Positions 52,561-64,000 of a stretch of DNA of 64,000 nt are shown here, one piece after another. Position numbers and translations under genes: made by a program. Within the stretch, counting starts at the first letter, position 1; each line of letters starts with the position of its first letter. This stretch comes from Alphaproteobacteria bacterium (GTDB lineage Bacteria > Pseudomonadota > Alphaproteobacteria > UBA7887): contig CBDCGL010000011.1 in assembly GCA_965216755.1 (NCBI GenBank), positions 4,032,001-4,096,000 of the forward strand, in the 5' to 3' direction. A model generated the notes under the pieces. It was not told the origin of the DNA, made no database searches, and worked only from the letters and a program-made list of their open reading frames with translations.

Positions 52561-55500
52561 TTGAAAAAACTTCTCTACGGTTTGATTGCTGTCGTCGTTG
52601 TTGCGATCGGTGCCGCCTTGATCGTTCCCGGCTTTATTGATTGGAACAAATACAAGCCGGAGATCATTGCGCAAGTTGCCAAGGCCACCGGGCGGACTTT
52701 GGCCATCGATGGGTCCATCAATCTGGGCGTATTGCCATCGCCGACTTTGTCAGTGCGGGATGTGCGGCTAAGCAATATCGCCGGCGCCAGCAGCGCCGAC
52801 ATGGTGACCTTGAACGCGCTGGATGTGCGCGTTGCGCTGATGCCCTTGTTGACCGGCGAAGTGCAGGTTGAAAGCGTGACCATTGTCCAGCCCGTGATTG
52901 AGTTGGAAAGGCTGCCTGACGGCCGGGTCAACTGGACATTGGCCGCTGAAAGCGGCGCTGATCCGGCGTCGCCGGCGCCGGAAGCACCTGCCGCGTCGGC
53001 TGCGAGCGCAGAGACCGGAGGCATACCAATCGCCCTGGATCGGTTCGAAATTGAAGACGGATTGGTCGTTTACCGCGATGGCGTCGGTGGGGTTGTCGAG
53101 ACTGTATCGGACATTAACGCCGTGGTTTCCGCGTTGTCGTTGCAAGGGCCGTTTAGTATCGATGGTTCCGTCACGGTCCGTGAGTTGCCGCTTCGTCTCA
53201 GCGCGTCCATCGGCGAGCTTCGCGGCGGCCAGGCCGTACCGTTGAAGCTCGATGTCGGTGGCGAAGGGGTCAAGGCGAGTGGCGCCGGCAATCTGCAGAT
53301 GGGCGACGCGCCGACCTTTGTCGGCACGGTGCGTCTTGATGCCGACTCGGTCGGCGCCTTGTTCGCCATGGCCGGTACCGCGACGCAACAGCCGCTCGAA
53401 GCACCATTTCAAGCCCAGGCGCCATTCAGCCTGCGCGCCCAGGTCGACTACGCGCCGACGCTGGCCGCCGCCGAGGATATCGAGCTGCGCATCGGCGACG
53501 CGGTCGCCGGCGGTCGTGTCGGCGTTGGTTTGGACGATGACCGGCGCGTCGATGCGGCATTGACGGTCAATCGCTTGGATCTGGACGCGTTGCTGGTTCC
53601 CGATCCCGGTGCGGCGGAATCCGTGGCGCCAGAGGCGCCATCGCAGACAGTGACGACCGACCCAGACAATCCAGTGATCGACCCGGCCGATCCATCCGGC
53701 GAGGCACCTTTGGTGCCGGTCGATATTCGCGGCAGTATCGATCTCGCCGCCGACGCAATCGTTTATCGTGGTCAGATCATCCGCCAAGCTGTCGTCAACA
53801 TCGGTCTGGTCGGCGGCACGGTCAACGTGCAGCGCATGTCCGCGCTGCTCCCCGGCGGGTCTGACGTGACTGTTTTTGGGACAATCGCCGCCAAAGATGG
53901 CGTGCCCCATTTCACCGGCCAAGTCGACGCCGCGTCCGACAATCTACGCGGTTTGCTCGAATGGGTTGATGTCAATGTGGCGGCGGTGCCCGCGGATCGG
54001 TTACGCAAAATCGATCTGACCGCGCAAATCGATGGATCATCCCGCGCCGGCCAAGTGACCGACCTGGATCTGCAATTTGATGCGACGCGTGTTGTTGGCG
54101 GGATGGCCTATGCCCTACGCGAGCGACCCGGCGTCGGCATGAACCTCCGTATCGATCAACTCAACGCTGATGCCTATTTGCCGCCGATCGCCGCCGCGCC
54201 GCCGACGGATCAAGCGGGCCCACCTGCCGGTGATCAAACCGATGGCGAGGTCGACGATGGTGGCGCTGCCCCGCCGCCGCCGGGGGCAGCGTCACGCAAT
54301 GGCGCACTGGGCGCGTTGGCGGCAGTTGATGCGGACATTGTGATGCGGATCGACCAGCTGACCTATCGCGGCTTACCCATGCGCGATCTGGTCGTCGATG
54401 GTTTGCTCCAAAATGGTGCATTGAATTTGCGCGAAGTTGGCGTGGCCGATATTGCCGGGGCGGGCCTGTCCGTGGCTGGATCGTTGACCGATCTTGCGGC
54501 GACGCCGCATGTCGACGGCACGGTCCGTTTCGCGACTGACGATATCGCTGGATTTGCACGCGCTTTTCCGGAGTTGGGCGCATTGCCGCCGGCACTGACC
54601 GGCGCGGTTGGGCTCGATTTTGCCGCCAAAGGGGGGTTCGACTCGATCGCTGTTGACGGCACCTTGGAAGCGCTGGAGAGCGCCCTCAGCTTGGCCGGCA
54701 CGGTGTCGGACCCCATGGCCACCCGGGGCTTCGATTTGGAAGCGGAGTTCGAAAATCCAAATTTGGCGAGGTTGCTGGCGGCAGTGTCCGATTTTGACGC
54801 CGATGCGGCGCCGCCGGCTTTGGCCGGACCAGTTAACTTAGCGCTCGGCGCGGTTGGTGAGGTTGCCGGTTTTGATCTCAATGCCTCGCTTGGCCTCGCG
54901 GACGCCGACCTTAGCGTCGGCGGGCGCTTCGATGAGATTATGAGCGCGGCTAACTTCGATTTGACGGCCAAGTTAGCGCACCCGAATCTGGCAAACCTGT
55001 TGGCGTCGTTTTCAGCGCTGGCGGCACCCGACGCGGCGGCCGGATTACAGGACCCCATGAACGTCTCGTTGGTCGCAAAAGGGGCGCTGCGTGGCTTCGA
55101 CTTTTCGGCCGATATGGCTTTGGCGGATCTGTCTGGCGACTTCAAGGGGCGCATTGATGGGCTGCCGGAGGCGGCAACATACACGATGGACGCCGAGATC
55201 GATCACCCCCGATTGACCGAATTGCTGGCCAGCTTTGGCGTCGCAGAGAGTGGCGCAGCGTTTCAGGGGCCGCTGCGTGTCACCGGGCGCGTCGACGGCA
55301 ACCCGACACTCACTTCGGTTCCGAATTTGACTGTCGCGCTTGGCCAGTCGTCGATTGTCGGCAGTGCATCATTTGCCACCGATGGCGCGCGCCCCAAATT
55401 CTCGGCCGATTTTATCGCTGGTGAAATCGTCGCCGAGCATTTCATGGCCCCAGCTGCCGCCGGAACCGAAGGGACGTCGACGGCACCGTCGGTCGACACC

Positions 55501-56577
55501 GCGACCGCACCCACGGCCGAGGCTGCGACCGAAACGCAGGAACGGTGGTCACGCGACCCAATCGACTTGGCCGCCATGCGCGCTTATGACGCGGACATAA
55601 AACTTTCCGCGGATGCGCTGTCGGTGTCTGGCTACCGGTTCGAAAACGCCAACTTGGCGCTGACATTGGTCGACGGCCTGCTCGATGTCAGTCGTCTGAC
55701 GGGGCAAGCTTTTGACGGTGATATCGATTTGCGCGCCAAGTTGGATGGCCGCGCTGTGCCTGCCATGTCTTTGGCCTTCGATGTCCAAGGTGCCAATATC
55801 GAAGCTCTGCTCCAACAGGCCGCCCAGGTCGACAATATCACCGGGATCGTCGATCTAAACGCCAATGTCGAAGGCAGCGGCCGCAGCCAATATGAGCTAG
55901 TGTCGTCGTTGACCGGTGGCGGGCGCCTCGGCAACACCGTTCCCGGCATCATTCGCGGTCTTGACCTGCGTGCGTTGTCCGATCAGTTGGACGATCTGGA
56001 CAAAGTCGGCGATTTTCTGAATCTCGCCAAGATCAGTTTCGACGGTGGCGAAACAGCCTACAGTCAGCTCAGCGGCACGTTTGCCATGCAAGATGGCGTG
56101 CTCAATGCGGACGACATGCAGTTGGTGGCCGATGGCGGCAACGGCACCGTTCAAGGATTGGTCAATTTGCCGCGCTGGACGTTAGACCTGGGGGCAATGT
56201 TTCAGTTGCCGGATCATCCTGAGGCACCGCCGATAGGGGTCCAGCTCACGGGGCCGATCAATCAGCCCAATCGCGATGTGAAGACTGCAGAAATGGAGCA
56301 ATATCTTGTTGCCCGGGGCGTCGGCAGCGTGCTGCGCAACCTTGGCGAAGATGAGGACCTTGGCGGTGCCGGCGCATTAATCGAAGAATTAATTGGCGGC
56401 GGCGTTTCGGGTCAGGCGCAACCCGCACCGGTGCCACCGGCCGACAATGCGGCACAGCCGGCCGCGCCGCAGGCCGAGCCGGAGCAACCACCGGAGACGG
56501 CCGAAGCGCCTGCGCCGACGCTACCCGAACCCGAAGAGGCCTTCCGCAGCATCCTCGACAATCTGCTCAGTCAATAA
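52561..56577 (+). CDS. Large AsmA-family protein
   Basis: N-terminal TM plus IDWNKYK..ATGR, PVIELE, AsmA C-terminal region. 1338 aa. Confidence 0.9.
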   Translation: MKKLLYGLIAVVVVAIGAALIVPGFIDWNKYKPEIIAQVAKATGRTLAIDGSINLGVLPSPTLSVRDVRLSNIAGASSADMVTLNALDVRVALMPLLTGEVQVESVTIVQPVIELERLPDGRVNWTLAAESGADPASPAPEAPAASAASAETGGIPIALDRFEIEDGLVVYRDGVGGVVETVSDINAVVSALSLQGPFSIDGSVTVRELPLRLSASIGELRGGQAVPLKLDVGGEGVKASGAGNLQMGDAPTFVGTVRLDADSVGALFAMAGTATQQPLEAPFQAQAPFSLRAQVDYAPTLAAAEDIELRIGDAVAGGRVGVGLDDDRRVDAALTVNRLDLDALLVPDPGAAESVAPEAPSQTVTTDPDNPVIDPADPSGEAPLVPVDIRGSIDLAADAIVYRGQIIRQAVVNIGLVGGTVNVQRMSALLPGGSDVTVFGTIAAKDGVPHFTGQVDAASDNLRGLLEWVDVNVAAVPADRLRKIDLTAQIDGSSRAGQVTDLDLQFDATRVVGGMAYALRERPGVGMNLRIDQLNADAYLPPIAAAPPTDQAGPPAGDQTDGEVDDGGAAPPPPGAASRNGALGALAAVDADIVMRIDQLTYRGLPMRDLVVDGLLQNGALNLREVGVADIAGAGLSVAGSLTDLAATPHVDGTVRFATDDIAGFARAFPELGALPPALTGAVGLDFAAKGGFDSIAVDGTLEALESALSLAGTVSDPMATRGFDLEAEFENPNLARLLAAVSDFDADAAPPALAGPVNLALGAVGEVAGFDLNASLGLADADLSVGGRFDEIMSAANFDLTAKLAHPNLANLLASFSALAAPDAAAGLQDPMNVSLVAKGALRGFDFSADMALADLSGDFKGRIDGLPEAATYTMDAEIDHPRLTELLASFGVAESGAAFQGPLRVTGRVDGNPTLTSVPNLTVALGQSSIVGSASFATDGARPKFSADFIAGEIVAEHFMAPAAAGTEGTSTAPSVDTATAPTAEAATETQERWSRDPIDLAAMRAYDADIKLSADALSVSGYRFENANLALTLVDGLLDVSRLTGQAFDGDIDLRAKLDGRAVPAMSLAFDVQGANIEALLQQAAQVDNITGIVDLNANVEGSGRSQYELVSSLTGGGRLGNTVPGIIRGLDLRALSDQLDDLDKVGDFLNLAKISFDGGETAYSQLSGTFAMQDGVLNADDMQLVADGGNGTVQGLVNLPRWTLDLGAMFQLPDHPEAPPIGVQLTGPINQPNRDVKTAEMEQYLVARGVGSVLRNLGEDEDLGGAGALIEELIGGGVSGQAQPAPVPPADNAAQPAAPQAEPEQPPETAEAPAPTLPEPEEAFRSILDNLLSQ

Positions 56578-56950
56578 AGCTATTTGACATCGGCGGCGTC
56601 GCCGGTGGATCCGGCGTCGTCGCCGTCGGCGTGTTGACGTTTTCCAAAAGGCGATCCAAGACCCACAGTCTGATCGCGCTCGACAAATTGCCGGTACGAT
56701 CGTGGTCGATCGTCGCCAGGACTTGCGTGGTGCGCAGGCCATTTGTCTTGCACAGCGCGCGAAACGCGTCCCAAAACGCTGGCTCAAGCGAAATGCTGGT
56801 CCTATGACCTTGAATCGACACGGATATTTTTGATACCGAGCGCCGTGCCGCGGTGCTGGCCGGGCGCGTTTGGGGCGCTGGACTGGGGGCCGGGTCGCTC
56901 GCGTCGCGGCCGGCAATCGCAGTCCAATCGTGTCCCTGTGATCCGCTCAA
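56567..56950 (-). CDS. Ribbon-helix-helix (RHH_4) protein
   Basis: GHRTSISLEPAFW, NLSSAIRLWVL. AAGGAGG RBS before the TTG start. Confidence 0.85.
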   Translation of the reverse strand: MSGSQGHDWTAIAGRDASDPAPSPAPQTRPASTAARRSVSKISVSIQGHRTSISLEPAFWDAFRALCKTNGLRTTQVLATIDHDRTGNLSSAIRLWVLDRLLENVNTPTATTPDPPATPPMSNSFID

Positions 56951-57357
56951 AACTGGCCCTCCTTAACTGGTCAAATGACCCTAAACGCCACGTACCCGCA
57001 ACAAGACTGAGCACCCGACATTGGTCTGAACCTGGTCGCTTGGAATCGGGGTCCAAATACCAAAGGCCATTGAGCAAACATTGGTGCCCATCGTGGCTCT
57101 GTCAAACGCCATGCCGTCCGAGATCAAAGAGAACTCCCGGCAACGGGAGCGGGCGGTCGCCGGCCACGGCTCGTGCGTGCACGGGCTAAGTCATAGTCCA
57201 ACCTGTGCCAAATCACTGTGACAGGGATCAGTAAATCGCATGGAAATCGTAGTGGCCGAGACCTGCCGGACGGTGTCGCCGAGGTTACGAGAGGATTGAA
57301 ACATTTGCACAAAATTGTATAGACCATGTTATGGTGCGCGCCGTTTGAGGAGGGTGG

Positions 57358-57651
57358 ATGACCCAATTGCGAACATTGTTTCTGGGCGTGTCGGTTTTGG
57401 TGGCGCTGTCCGCCCCGGCGTGGGCACAGTGTGGGCCGGCCCCGGCGGTGCCGGACGTCCCACCCGGTGGAACCGCGCAAATCGAGGACATGAAAGAGGC
57501 AGCAAAGGCGATCGAAGAATACGCCGAGAAGATGAACGCCTACGCCGATTGCTTGATTGCCGCGGCACAGGACGCGATCGACACACGCAACGCTGTGGTT
57601 GAGCAGTGGAATACGCAGACAGAAGAGTTCAACGCCCGTTTGGCCGAGTGA
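57358..57651 (+). CDS. Small secreted hypothetical protein
   Basis: GAGGAGG RBS, signal peptide ending AWA, two Cys, helical body. Confidence 0.75.
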   Translation: MTQLRTLFLGVSVLVALSAPAWAQCGPAPAVPDVPPGGTAQIEDMKEAAKAIEEYAEKMNAYADCLIAAAQDAIDTRNAVVEQWNTQTEEFNARLAE

Positions 57652-57669
57652 ACGAACCGGCGCGTCGCA

Positions 57670-59280
<1,611 letters not shown>

Positions 59281-59319
59281 TGGCGATGCCGCCTCTCCGC
59301 GATTCCCTGGCCCACTGCT

Positions 59320-59811
59320 CTAGCGTCGGCGAAACGTGTCTAGGGTCACGACGTTTGAATCCCGTGCGGCGTCGGTTTGCCCGGTCGAGCCTGACGGCGA
59401 CAATTCCGGCCCGGCTGCGTCGACGTCGATACGCCGCATCGCATCGCCGCCGCTGGCACGTGTTTGAAACTGCAGCCCGAAGTTGATTCCCGGATCGACA
59501 AAGGCGGTGAGGGCCTCGTAGGGGATGACAATGTGCGCGGGCACCTTCTTAAAACTCAGCATGACCGAAAAATGGCCCGGCTCGACTTTGAGATCCCAAA
59601 ACTGGTGTTGCAAGACGATCGTCATCTCTTCCGGATATTGCTCGCGTACCGAATCCGGCAGCGACACACCCGGATGGTCGGTTTTGAAAGAGACGTAAAA
59701 GTGATGCGGCGGCAACAAGCCTTTGTTTTGCACCTTAAGTAAGGCTTCGCGGACAACACTACGAAGCGCCGATTGAAGCAGTTGTTCGTATCCGATTTGG
59801 TCTGTGGCCAT
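59320..59811 (-). CDS. sspB: ClpXP adaptor SspB, alphaproteobacterial type
   Basis: HHFYVSF.T.HPGV, YPEEMTIVLQHQFW, C-terminal NVVTLDTFRRR. Directly downstream of ssrA. Confidence 0.92.
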   Translation of the reverse strand: MATDQIGYEQLLQSALRSVVREALLKVQNKGLLPPHHFYVSFKTDHPGVSLPDSVREQYPEEMTIVLQHQFWDLKVEPGHFSVMLSFKKVPAHIVIPYEALTAFVDPGINFGLQFQTRASGGDAMRRIDVDAAGPELSPSGSTGQTDAARDSNVVTLDTFRRR

Positions 59812-59859
59812 GATCGCGGCGCTCGCGCCCTGGATAAGTGAAGCCGATCGACGTGGGAC

Positions 59860-60158
59860 GAGTCGGTGGGGGGCTTCTGTTGCCCGGTGCCCCCCGAAAC
59901 CGCGCTTACCTAACAAAGTTAAGCAGCAAGAGCCAATTCGTTATCATTGGCAGTTCTAAAAGCGACCCGATAACGGTGGTATCATGCCGAACGAAAACTG
60001 CACCTTTATCACGCATGTCGATCCTATTTCGCCCCCTTAAGTCTGACCTCGACCGGATCGTCGCAGCCGGCAATTTTGGTGGAGGCGCCGGGTACCGCCC
60101 CCGGGTCCATAACGCTTATTCCGCGCAGCGTTTATCGCCATAGTCGGTTGCCCGACAT
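59860..60158 (-). ncRNA. ssrA: Two-piece circularly permuted tmRNA, tag (A)ANDNELALAA
   Basis: One piece ends GGCGCCTCCACCA at 60077. After a ~40-nt spacer, GGGGGCGAAATAGGATCGAC starts at 60036. Tag frame 59951-59919. Outer ends are approximate. Confidence 0.95.
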
Positions 60159-60348
60159 TCTCAATATAGGCGCCAAGACCGGGTGGTGAAAGTGCCGACG
60201 GATGGGGCCCGCGCACAGCGCTCAATGAAGACCGCCAAAATCAATCTAAAATATTGAAACTTATTGGTTCATACACGATTTGCGGGCATGGTGATGGTGA
60301 CCCCATTGGGCCTGGTTTGCGGCACCCGGTCGCGATATTCTAGCCCCC

Positions 60349-61308
60349 ATGCCCAACTCACGATCAAATTCGGATCGCCTGGCGCCGGCGCAGCAGGCGG
60401 AAATTGCCGACCAGCGTGCGCAGAGTCATCGGACCCGGCGCGTCACCGTGCCTGCTTTGGAAGAGGTTCTTTATGAGCCGTTGCCGGTACTCGACCACGG
60501 ATTTGTTCGTGTGGTCGATTATATGGGCGATGACGGATCGATCGTGCAGGCGGCGCGGGTCTCCTATGGCCGAGGAACGCGCGCAGTGCGTGATGATCGG
60601 GGTCTGATCAATTACTTGATGCGCCACCGGCACACGACGCCGTTTGAGATGTGTGAGATCAAGTACCACGTCAAACTCCCGATCTTTGTCGCGCGCCAGT
60701 GGATTCGCCACCGCACGGCCAACGTCAACGAATATTCGGCACGCTATTCGGTGCTCGACAAGGAGTTCTATGTACCGGCCCCGGCGCATCTTGCGGCGCA
60801 ATCGCAAACCAACCGACAGGGTCGTGGGGATGTCTTGGAAGGCGCCGAGGCGGAACGTGTGCTGACCTTGCTGACCAGCGACGCCGAGCGGGCCCACGAC
60901 CACTATGTGGAAATGCTGAACGCGGATGATTCTGGCACCCAGTTGGATCCGCAGCGTCGCGGTTTGGCGCGTGAGTTGGCGCGGATGAACCTATCGCTCA
61001 ATTTCTACACGCAGTGGTATTGGAAAATCGATTTGCTCAACCTGTTGCATTTTTTGAGCTTGCGCGCGGACAGCCATGCCCAATACGAGATCCGTGCTTA
61101 TGCCGAAGTGATGCTGGACACGGTCAAACGTTGGGTTCCAGCCGGACACGCCGCGTTTGTCGAGTATCGAGCCAATTCTGCCAACCTGTCGGCGACGGCC
61201 ATCAAGGTTGTGCGACGCATGCTGGACGGCGACGTGGTCCGCCAAGCGGACAGCGGCTTGAGTCCCCGCGAATGGCGCGAGCTCATGGCCGTGTTGGGTC
61301 GGTCGTAA
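60349..61308 (+). CDS. thyX: FAD-dependent thymidylate synthase
   Basis: [37 protein letters not shown]. Confidence 0.96.
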   Translation: MPNSRSNSDRLAPAQQAEIADQRAQSHRTRRVTVPALEEVLYEPLPVLDHGFVRVVDYMGDDGSIVQAARVSYGRGTRAVRDDRGLINYLMRHRHTTPFEMCEIKYHVKLPIFVARQWIRHRTANVNEYSARYSVLDKEFYVPAPAHLAAQSQTNRQGRGDVLEGAEAERVLTLLTSDAERAHDHYVEMLNADDSGTQLDPQRRGLARELARMNLSLNFYTQWYWKIDLLNLLHFLSLRADSHAQYEIRAYAEVMLDTVKRWVPAGHAAFVEYRANSANLSATAIKVVRRMLDGDVVRQADSGLSPREWRELMAVLGRS

Positions 61309-61357
61309 TTGCCGGGGGATGCGGATTTTTTGCCGGCTTATCTGATAAATCGTGGTT

Positions 61358-61400
61358 TTTCAATAATTTAATAGACGAAAAGGTTGGTACGTCTCTTGCT
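61358..61400 (+). promoter_or_regulatory. Sigma54 (-24/-12) promoter with upstream IHF-like site
   Basis: TTGGTACGTCTCTTGCT (GG-N10-GC) at 61384-61400 and TTTCAATAATTTA at 61358-61370. Confidence 0.65.
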
Positions 61401-61453
61401 TGTCAGGAAGTGCGGCGCTGTCGCCGCATGCCATCATTGTCGGGGACGCATTT

Positions 61454-61651
61454 ATGATTACGCTTCAAGACCTCAAACTGATGCCGCGCCGCACATTGTC
61501 GGAGTTGTTGGGCCCGATGTTCAGTTTTACTTTGTCGAACGGACCGGTTCAGGAACGGGAAATGGTTGTCGACGCCATTTGCGACACACTGCTGAAGGAC
61601 TCCGGTGGTGCGCGGGCGCCAACCCCCAAAGGCACAAAGAAAGACAAATAG
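61454..61651 (+). CDS. Small hypothetical protein, 65 aa
   Basis: GGGGA RBS, ATG, downstream of the sigma54-type promoter. Confidence 0.6.
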   Translation: MITLQDLKLMPRRTLSELLGPMFSFTLSNGPVQEREMVVDAICDTLLKDSGGARAPTPKGTKKDK

Positions 61652-61930
61652 GTCGGTCGGCTCGAGGCGGGAACTTGGTGGGACCAAGTCGGTGCGACCG
61701 TTAACGCGGCGCGCCGGTTGGTTTCACAATACGGCGATCACGCCAGGCGCAGTCCGCGAACGCGGTTGCATCCGCGCCAGCTTGTCCACACATTGGGAAA
61801 TTGACTTGTTGCCGAGTGCATTGCGCGCGCGTTCGGGCGGGCGCGGCCGCCGTCTTGATTGTCCACGGGGTGGCACCTACGGCGACAGGTTCAAGAAAAG
61901 ATGGGCAATTTGAGGACGAGGTGCCGTGAG

Positions 61931-62200
61931 ATGAACTTAAAGACTGTATCCCGATTGGGCTTGGTGGTGCCGTTGGTCACCTTATTTGCGGGGGCGGGTG
62001 CGGCCATGCCCCTGGAACAGAATTACTACTCCGCACCTGGCGTTACCGCCGACGGACGCCTGGATATTCAAGAGATCCTGGACAATGCGACGGAAATGGA
62101 AATGCGCCTAAGCCAGCAGCTTTTGGTGCTGCAGGATCAGATCGACAGATTGGTCGACGAGGTCGACGCCATCAAGGCAACGCTGGCTGAGCGACAATAG
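61931..62200 (+). CDS. Small secreted coiled-coil hypothetical protein
   Basis: GAGG RBS, signal peptide, heptad-like LQDQIDRLVDEVDAIKATL. Confidence 0.6.
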   Translation: MNLKTVSRLGLVVPLVTLFAGAGAAMPLEQNYYSAPGVTADGRLDIQEILDNATEMEMRLSQQLLVLQDQIDRLVDEVDAIKATLAERQ

Positions 62201-62223
62201 ACGGGCCGAGGCTGCCGTCGCGG

Positions 62224-63351
62224 CTATTCAACGACGATCTTTGGCGGCGGCCGCGTGCCGCCGCCGATTTTTTTTGCCACGGTCGCGGCAATCTCGTGAA
62301 AGGCCTTGGCCTCTGCACTTTCAGGTGCCGAAACCACGATGGGTCGGCCGCCGTCCGACGCCTCCCGGATGTCGATATGCAGGGGCACTTCGCCAAGGAA
62401 ATCGACACCGAGTTTCATCGCGGTATCACGGGCTCCACCGTGGCCAAAAATATCCGAACGACCGGCGCAGTGGGGGCAAACGAAGTAGCTCATATTCTCG
62501 ATGATGCCGAGCACCGGCACGTCGACACGGCGAAACATGTTCAGACCCTTGCGCGCATCCAACAGGGCAATGTCCTGTGGTGTCGACACGATCACCGCGC
62601 CGGCCAGAGGCACGCGCTGTGCCATGGTCAACTGCGCGTCGCCGGTGCCCGGCGGCATGTCGACCACCAAGATATCCAAGGCCCCCCAACGCACATCGCG
62701 CATCATCTGTTCCAGCGCGCCTTGAACCATAGGTCCGCGCCAGATCATCGGGGTTTCTTCATCGATCAGGAAACCCATCGACATGCACTTGATGCCGTAG
62801 CCTTCCATTGGTTCAACAATTTTGCCGTCGGCCGAATGTGGTCGGCCGCCGATGCCCATCATGCGCGGCAAGGACGGCCCATAAATGTCTGCGTCCAAGA
62901 GGCCCACTGCGGCGCCGTTGGCGGCCAGCCCCAGCGCCAGGTTGACCGCCACTGTCGATTTGCCGACGCCGCCCTTGCCACTGGCAACGGCAATAATCGC
63001 GCCGACATCGGGCAGAATTGGCCGTTCATGGTGGCCCGTGTCTCCATGCTCAGCATGGCTATGCCCCGCATGGCCCGCGTCGGCATGTGCGTCGCCGGCG
63101 GTTCGCTCCGCGGTCAGCACGGCCGTCACGGATGTCACCCCACGCAGCTCAAACACGGCTCGTTCGCAAGCTTGGCGAAGGGGTTCCATTTTTTCGGCCA
63201 AGGCCGGTTCGATTTCGATTGCAAATCCGACGTTGCCATCCTTGATGACAATTTCCGAAATCATGCCGAGGGTGACCACGTCATGGTTCCGGGTGGGGTC
63301 CTTGACTTCGCTGAGCGCATCGAGGACTTGATTTTCGGTGATTCCTGCCAT
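62224..63351 (-). CDS. mrp: Mrp/NBP35 Fe-S carrier ATPase
   Basis: SGKGGVGKST, DADIYGPS, WRGPM, DMPPGTGD, ENMS..CPHC. Confidence 0.95.
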   Translation of the reverse strand: MAGITENQVLDALSEVKDPTRNHDVVTLGMISEIVIKDGNVGFAIEIEPALAEKMEPLRQACERAVFELRGVTSVTAVLTAERTAGDAHADAGHAGHSHAEHGDTGHHERPILPDVGAIIAVASGKGGVGKSTVAVNLALGLAANGAAVGLLDADIYGPSLPRMMGIGGRPHSADGKIVEPMEGYGIKCMSMGFLIDEETPMIWRGPMVQGALEQMMRDVRWGALDILVVDMPPGTGDAQLTMAQRVPLAGAVIVSTPQDIALLDARKGLNMFRRVDVPVLGIIENMSYFVCPHCAGRSDIFGHGGARDTAMKLGVDFLGEVPLHIDIREASDGGRPIVVSAPESAEAKAFHEIAATVAKKIGGGTRPPPKIVVE

Positions 63352-63632
63352 GCTTGAATCCAACCGCCTTGTGCCAATATCGTGCCGTAACGACGCAGCC
63401 TGTGGAGGCGGTCGACAACGGGGTGGTCGGTGGTATAGGACATGCGTCGATGTTGGGCAAACGGATGACTGCCCGACGGCACTTTACGGGTCGTCGTTTC
63501 GAAAGGCCACAATTTGAGACAAGCGCCATGGGTCGGGCGGCGTCGGGTGCTGCGTCCGACGGCGCATGTCCCGGCCGGATTGGCGGCGTTTCTGGGGTCA
63601 TGTGACCACAACCAGTTGGAGGTAACGAAGTC

Positions 63633-64000
63633 ATGCCTTGGAGCAATCAGGGCGGCGGACCATGGGGGCCACGCGGTGGCAGCAATGGCCCGTGGGGACG
63701 AGGACCGAGCGGTGGCGGGTCACAGGGACCGGATCTTGAGGACATCCTGCGCCGCGGCCAAGATCGGATGCGCACAATTCTGCCCGGCAATATGGGGGGG
63801 CGTCGGTTGTTCTTGGCGATCTTGGCGATTGTGGCGATCTGGCTGTCCAGCGGGTTCTATACGGTCGCGGCCAACGAGCAAGGCGTCGTGTTGCGATTCG
63901 GCGAATATGTCAAGACCACCCAGCCTGGCCTCAATTATCATTTGCCGTGGCCGATAGAGCGCAACGAGAACGTGTTGGTCGAAGCGATTCGTCGCGTCGA
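63633..64000 (+). CDS. hflK: FtsH modulator HflK (3' end outside window)
   Basis: MPWSNQGGGPWG..GPDLEDILRR, TM helix, SGFYTV..EQGVVLRFG..PGLNYHLPWPIE. Confidence 0.93.
   Translation, partial: MPWSNQGGGPWGPRGGSNGPWGRGPSGGGSQGPDLEDILRRGQDRMRTILPGNMGGRRLFLAILAIVAIWLSSGFYTVAANEQGVVLRFGEYVKTTQPGLNYHLPWPIERNENVLVEAIRRV

Noticed and set aside
57196-57212. TGGCAC on the minus strand as a sigma54 promoter
   Set aside because: No TTGC at the -12 position.
60077-60110. tRNA-like 3' end as a tRNA gene or att site
   Set aside because: Explained by the tmRNA; no integrase or duplicated copy in the window.
61782-61867. TTGTCCACA and TTGTCCACG as DnaA boxes or oriC
   Set aside because: Only two mismatched boxes, no unwinding element and no origin-type gene context.

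Overview
GC-rich alphaproteobacterial chromosome segment (two-piece permuted tmRNA, alpha-type sspB, bamD-recN-ligA, thyX, mrp, hflK), probably Rhodospirillales-like. It is mostly core and metabolic genes: soxCD, a TPP-enzyme cluster, ETF-QO, hisN, uvrD, bdhA, fumA and a large AsmA. An accessory zone at about 29.6-43.4 kb holds several decayed genes, a globin-coupled chemoreceptor with a CheY-like regulator and hybrid kinase, and a ~120-bp palindromic MITE/REP-like element at 42683-42806. No CRISPR array, prophage, intact transposase, rRNA or tRNA was seen, and I cannot show a clearly new system. The best leads are: (i) a possible sulfonate or 2-oxo-acid pathway at 2.7-9.7 kb with a motif-altered YihU-like reductase; (ii) the palindromic element; (iii) two genes collapsed by in-frame internal deletions; (iv) an unlisted 59-aa ORF overlapped antisense by an extended prmA; (v) a small gene behind a sigma54/IHF-type promoter. 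All calls come from motif recognition by eye; no searches were run.
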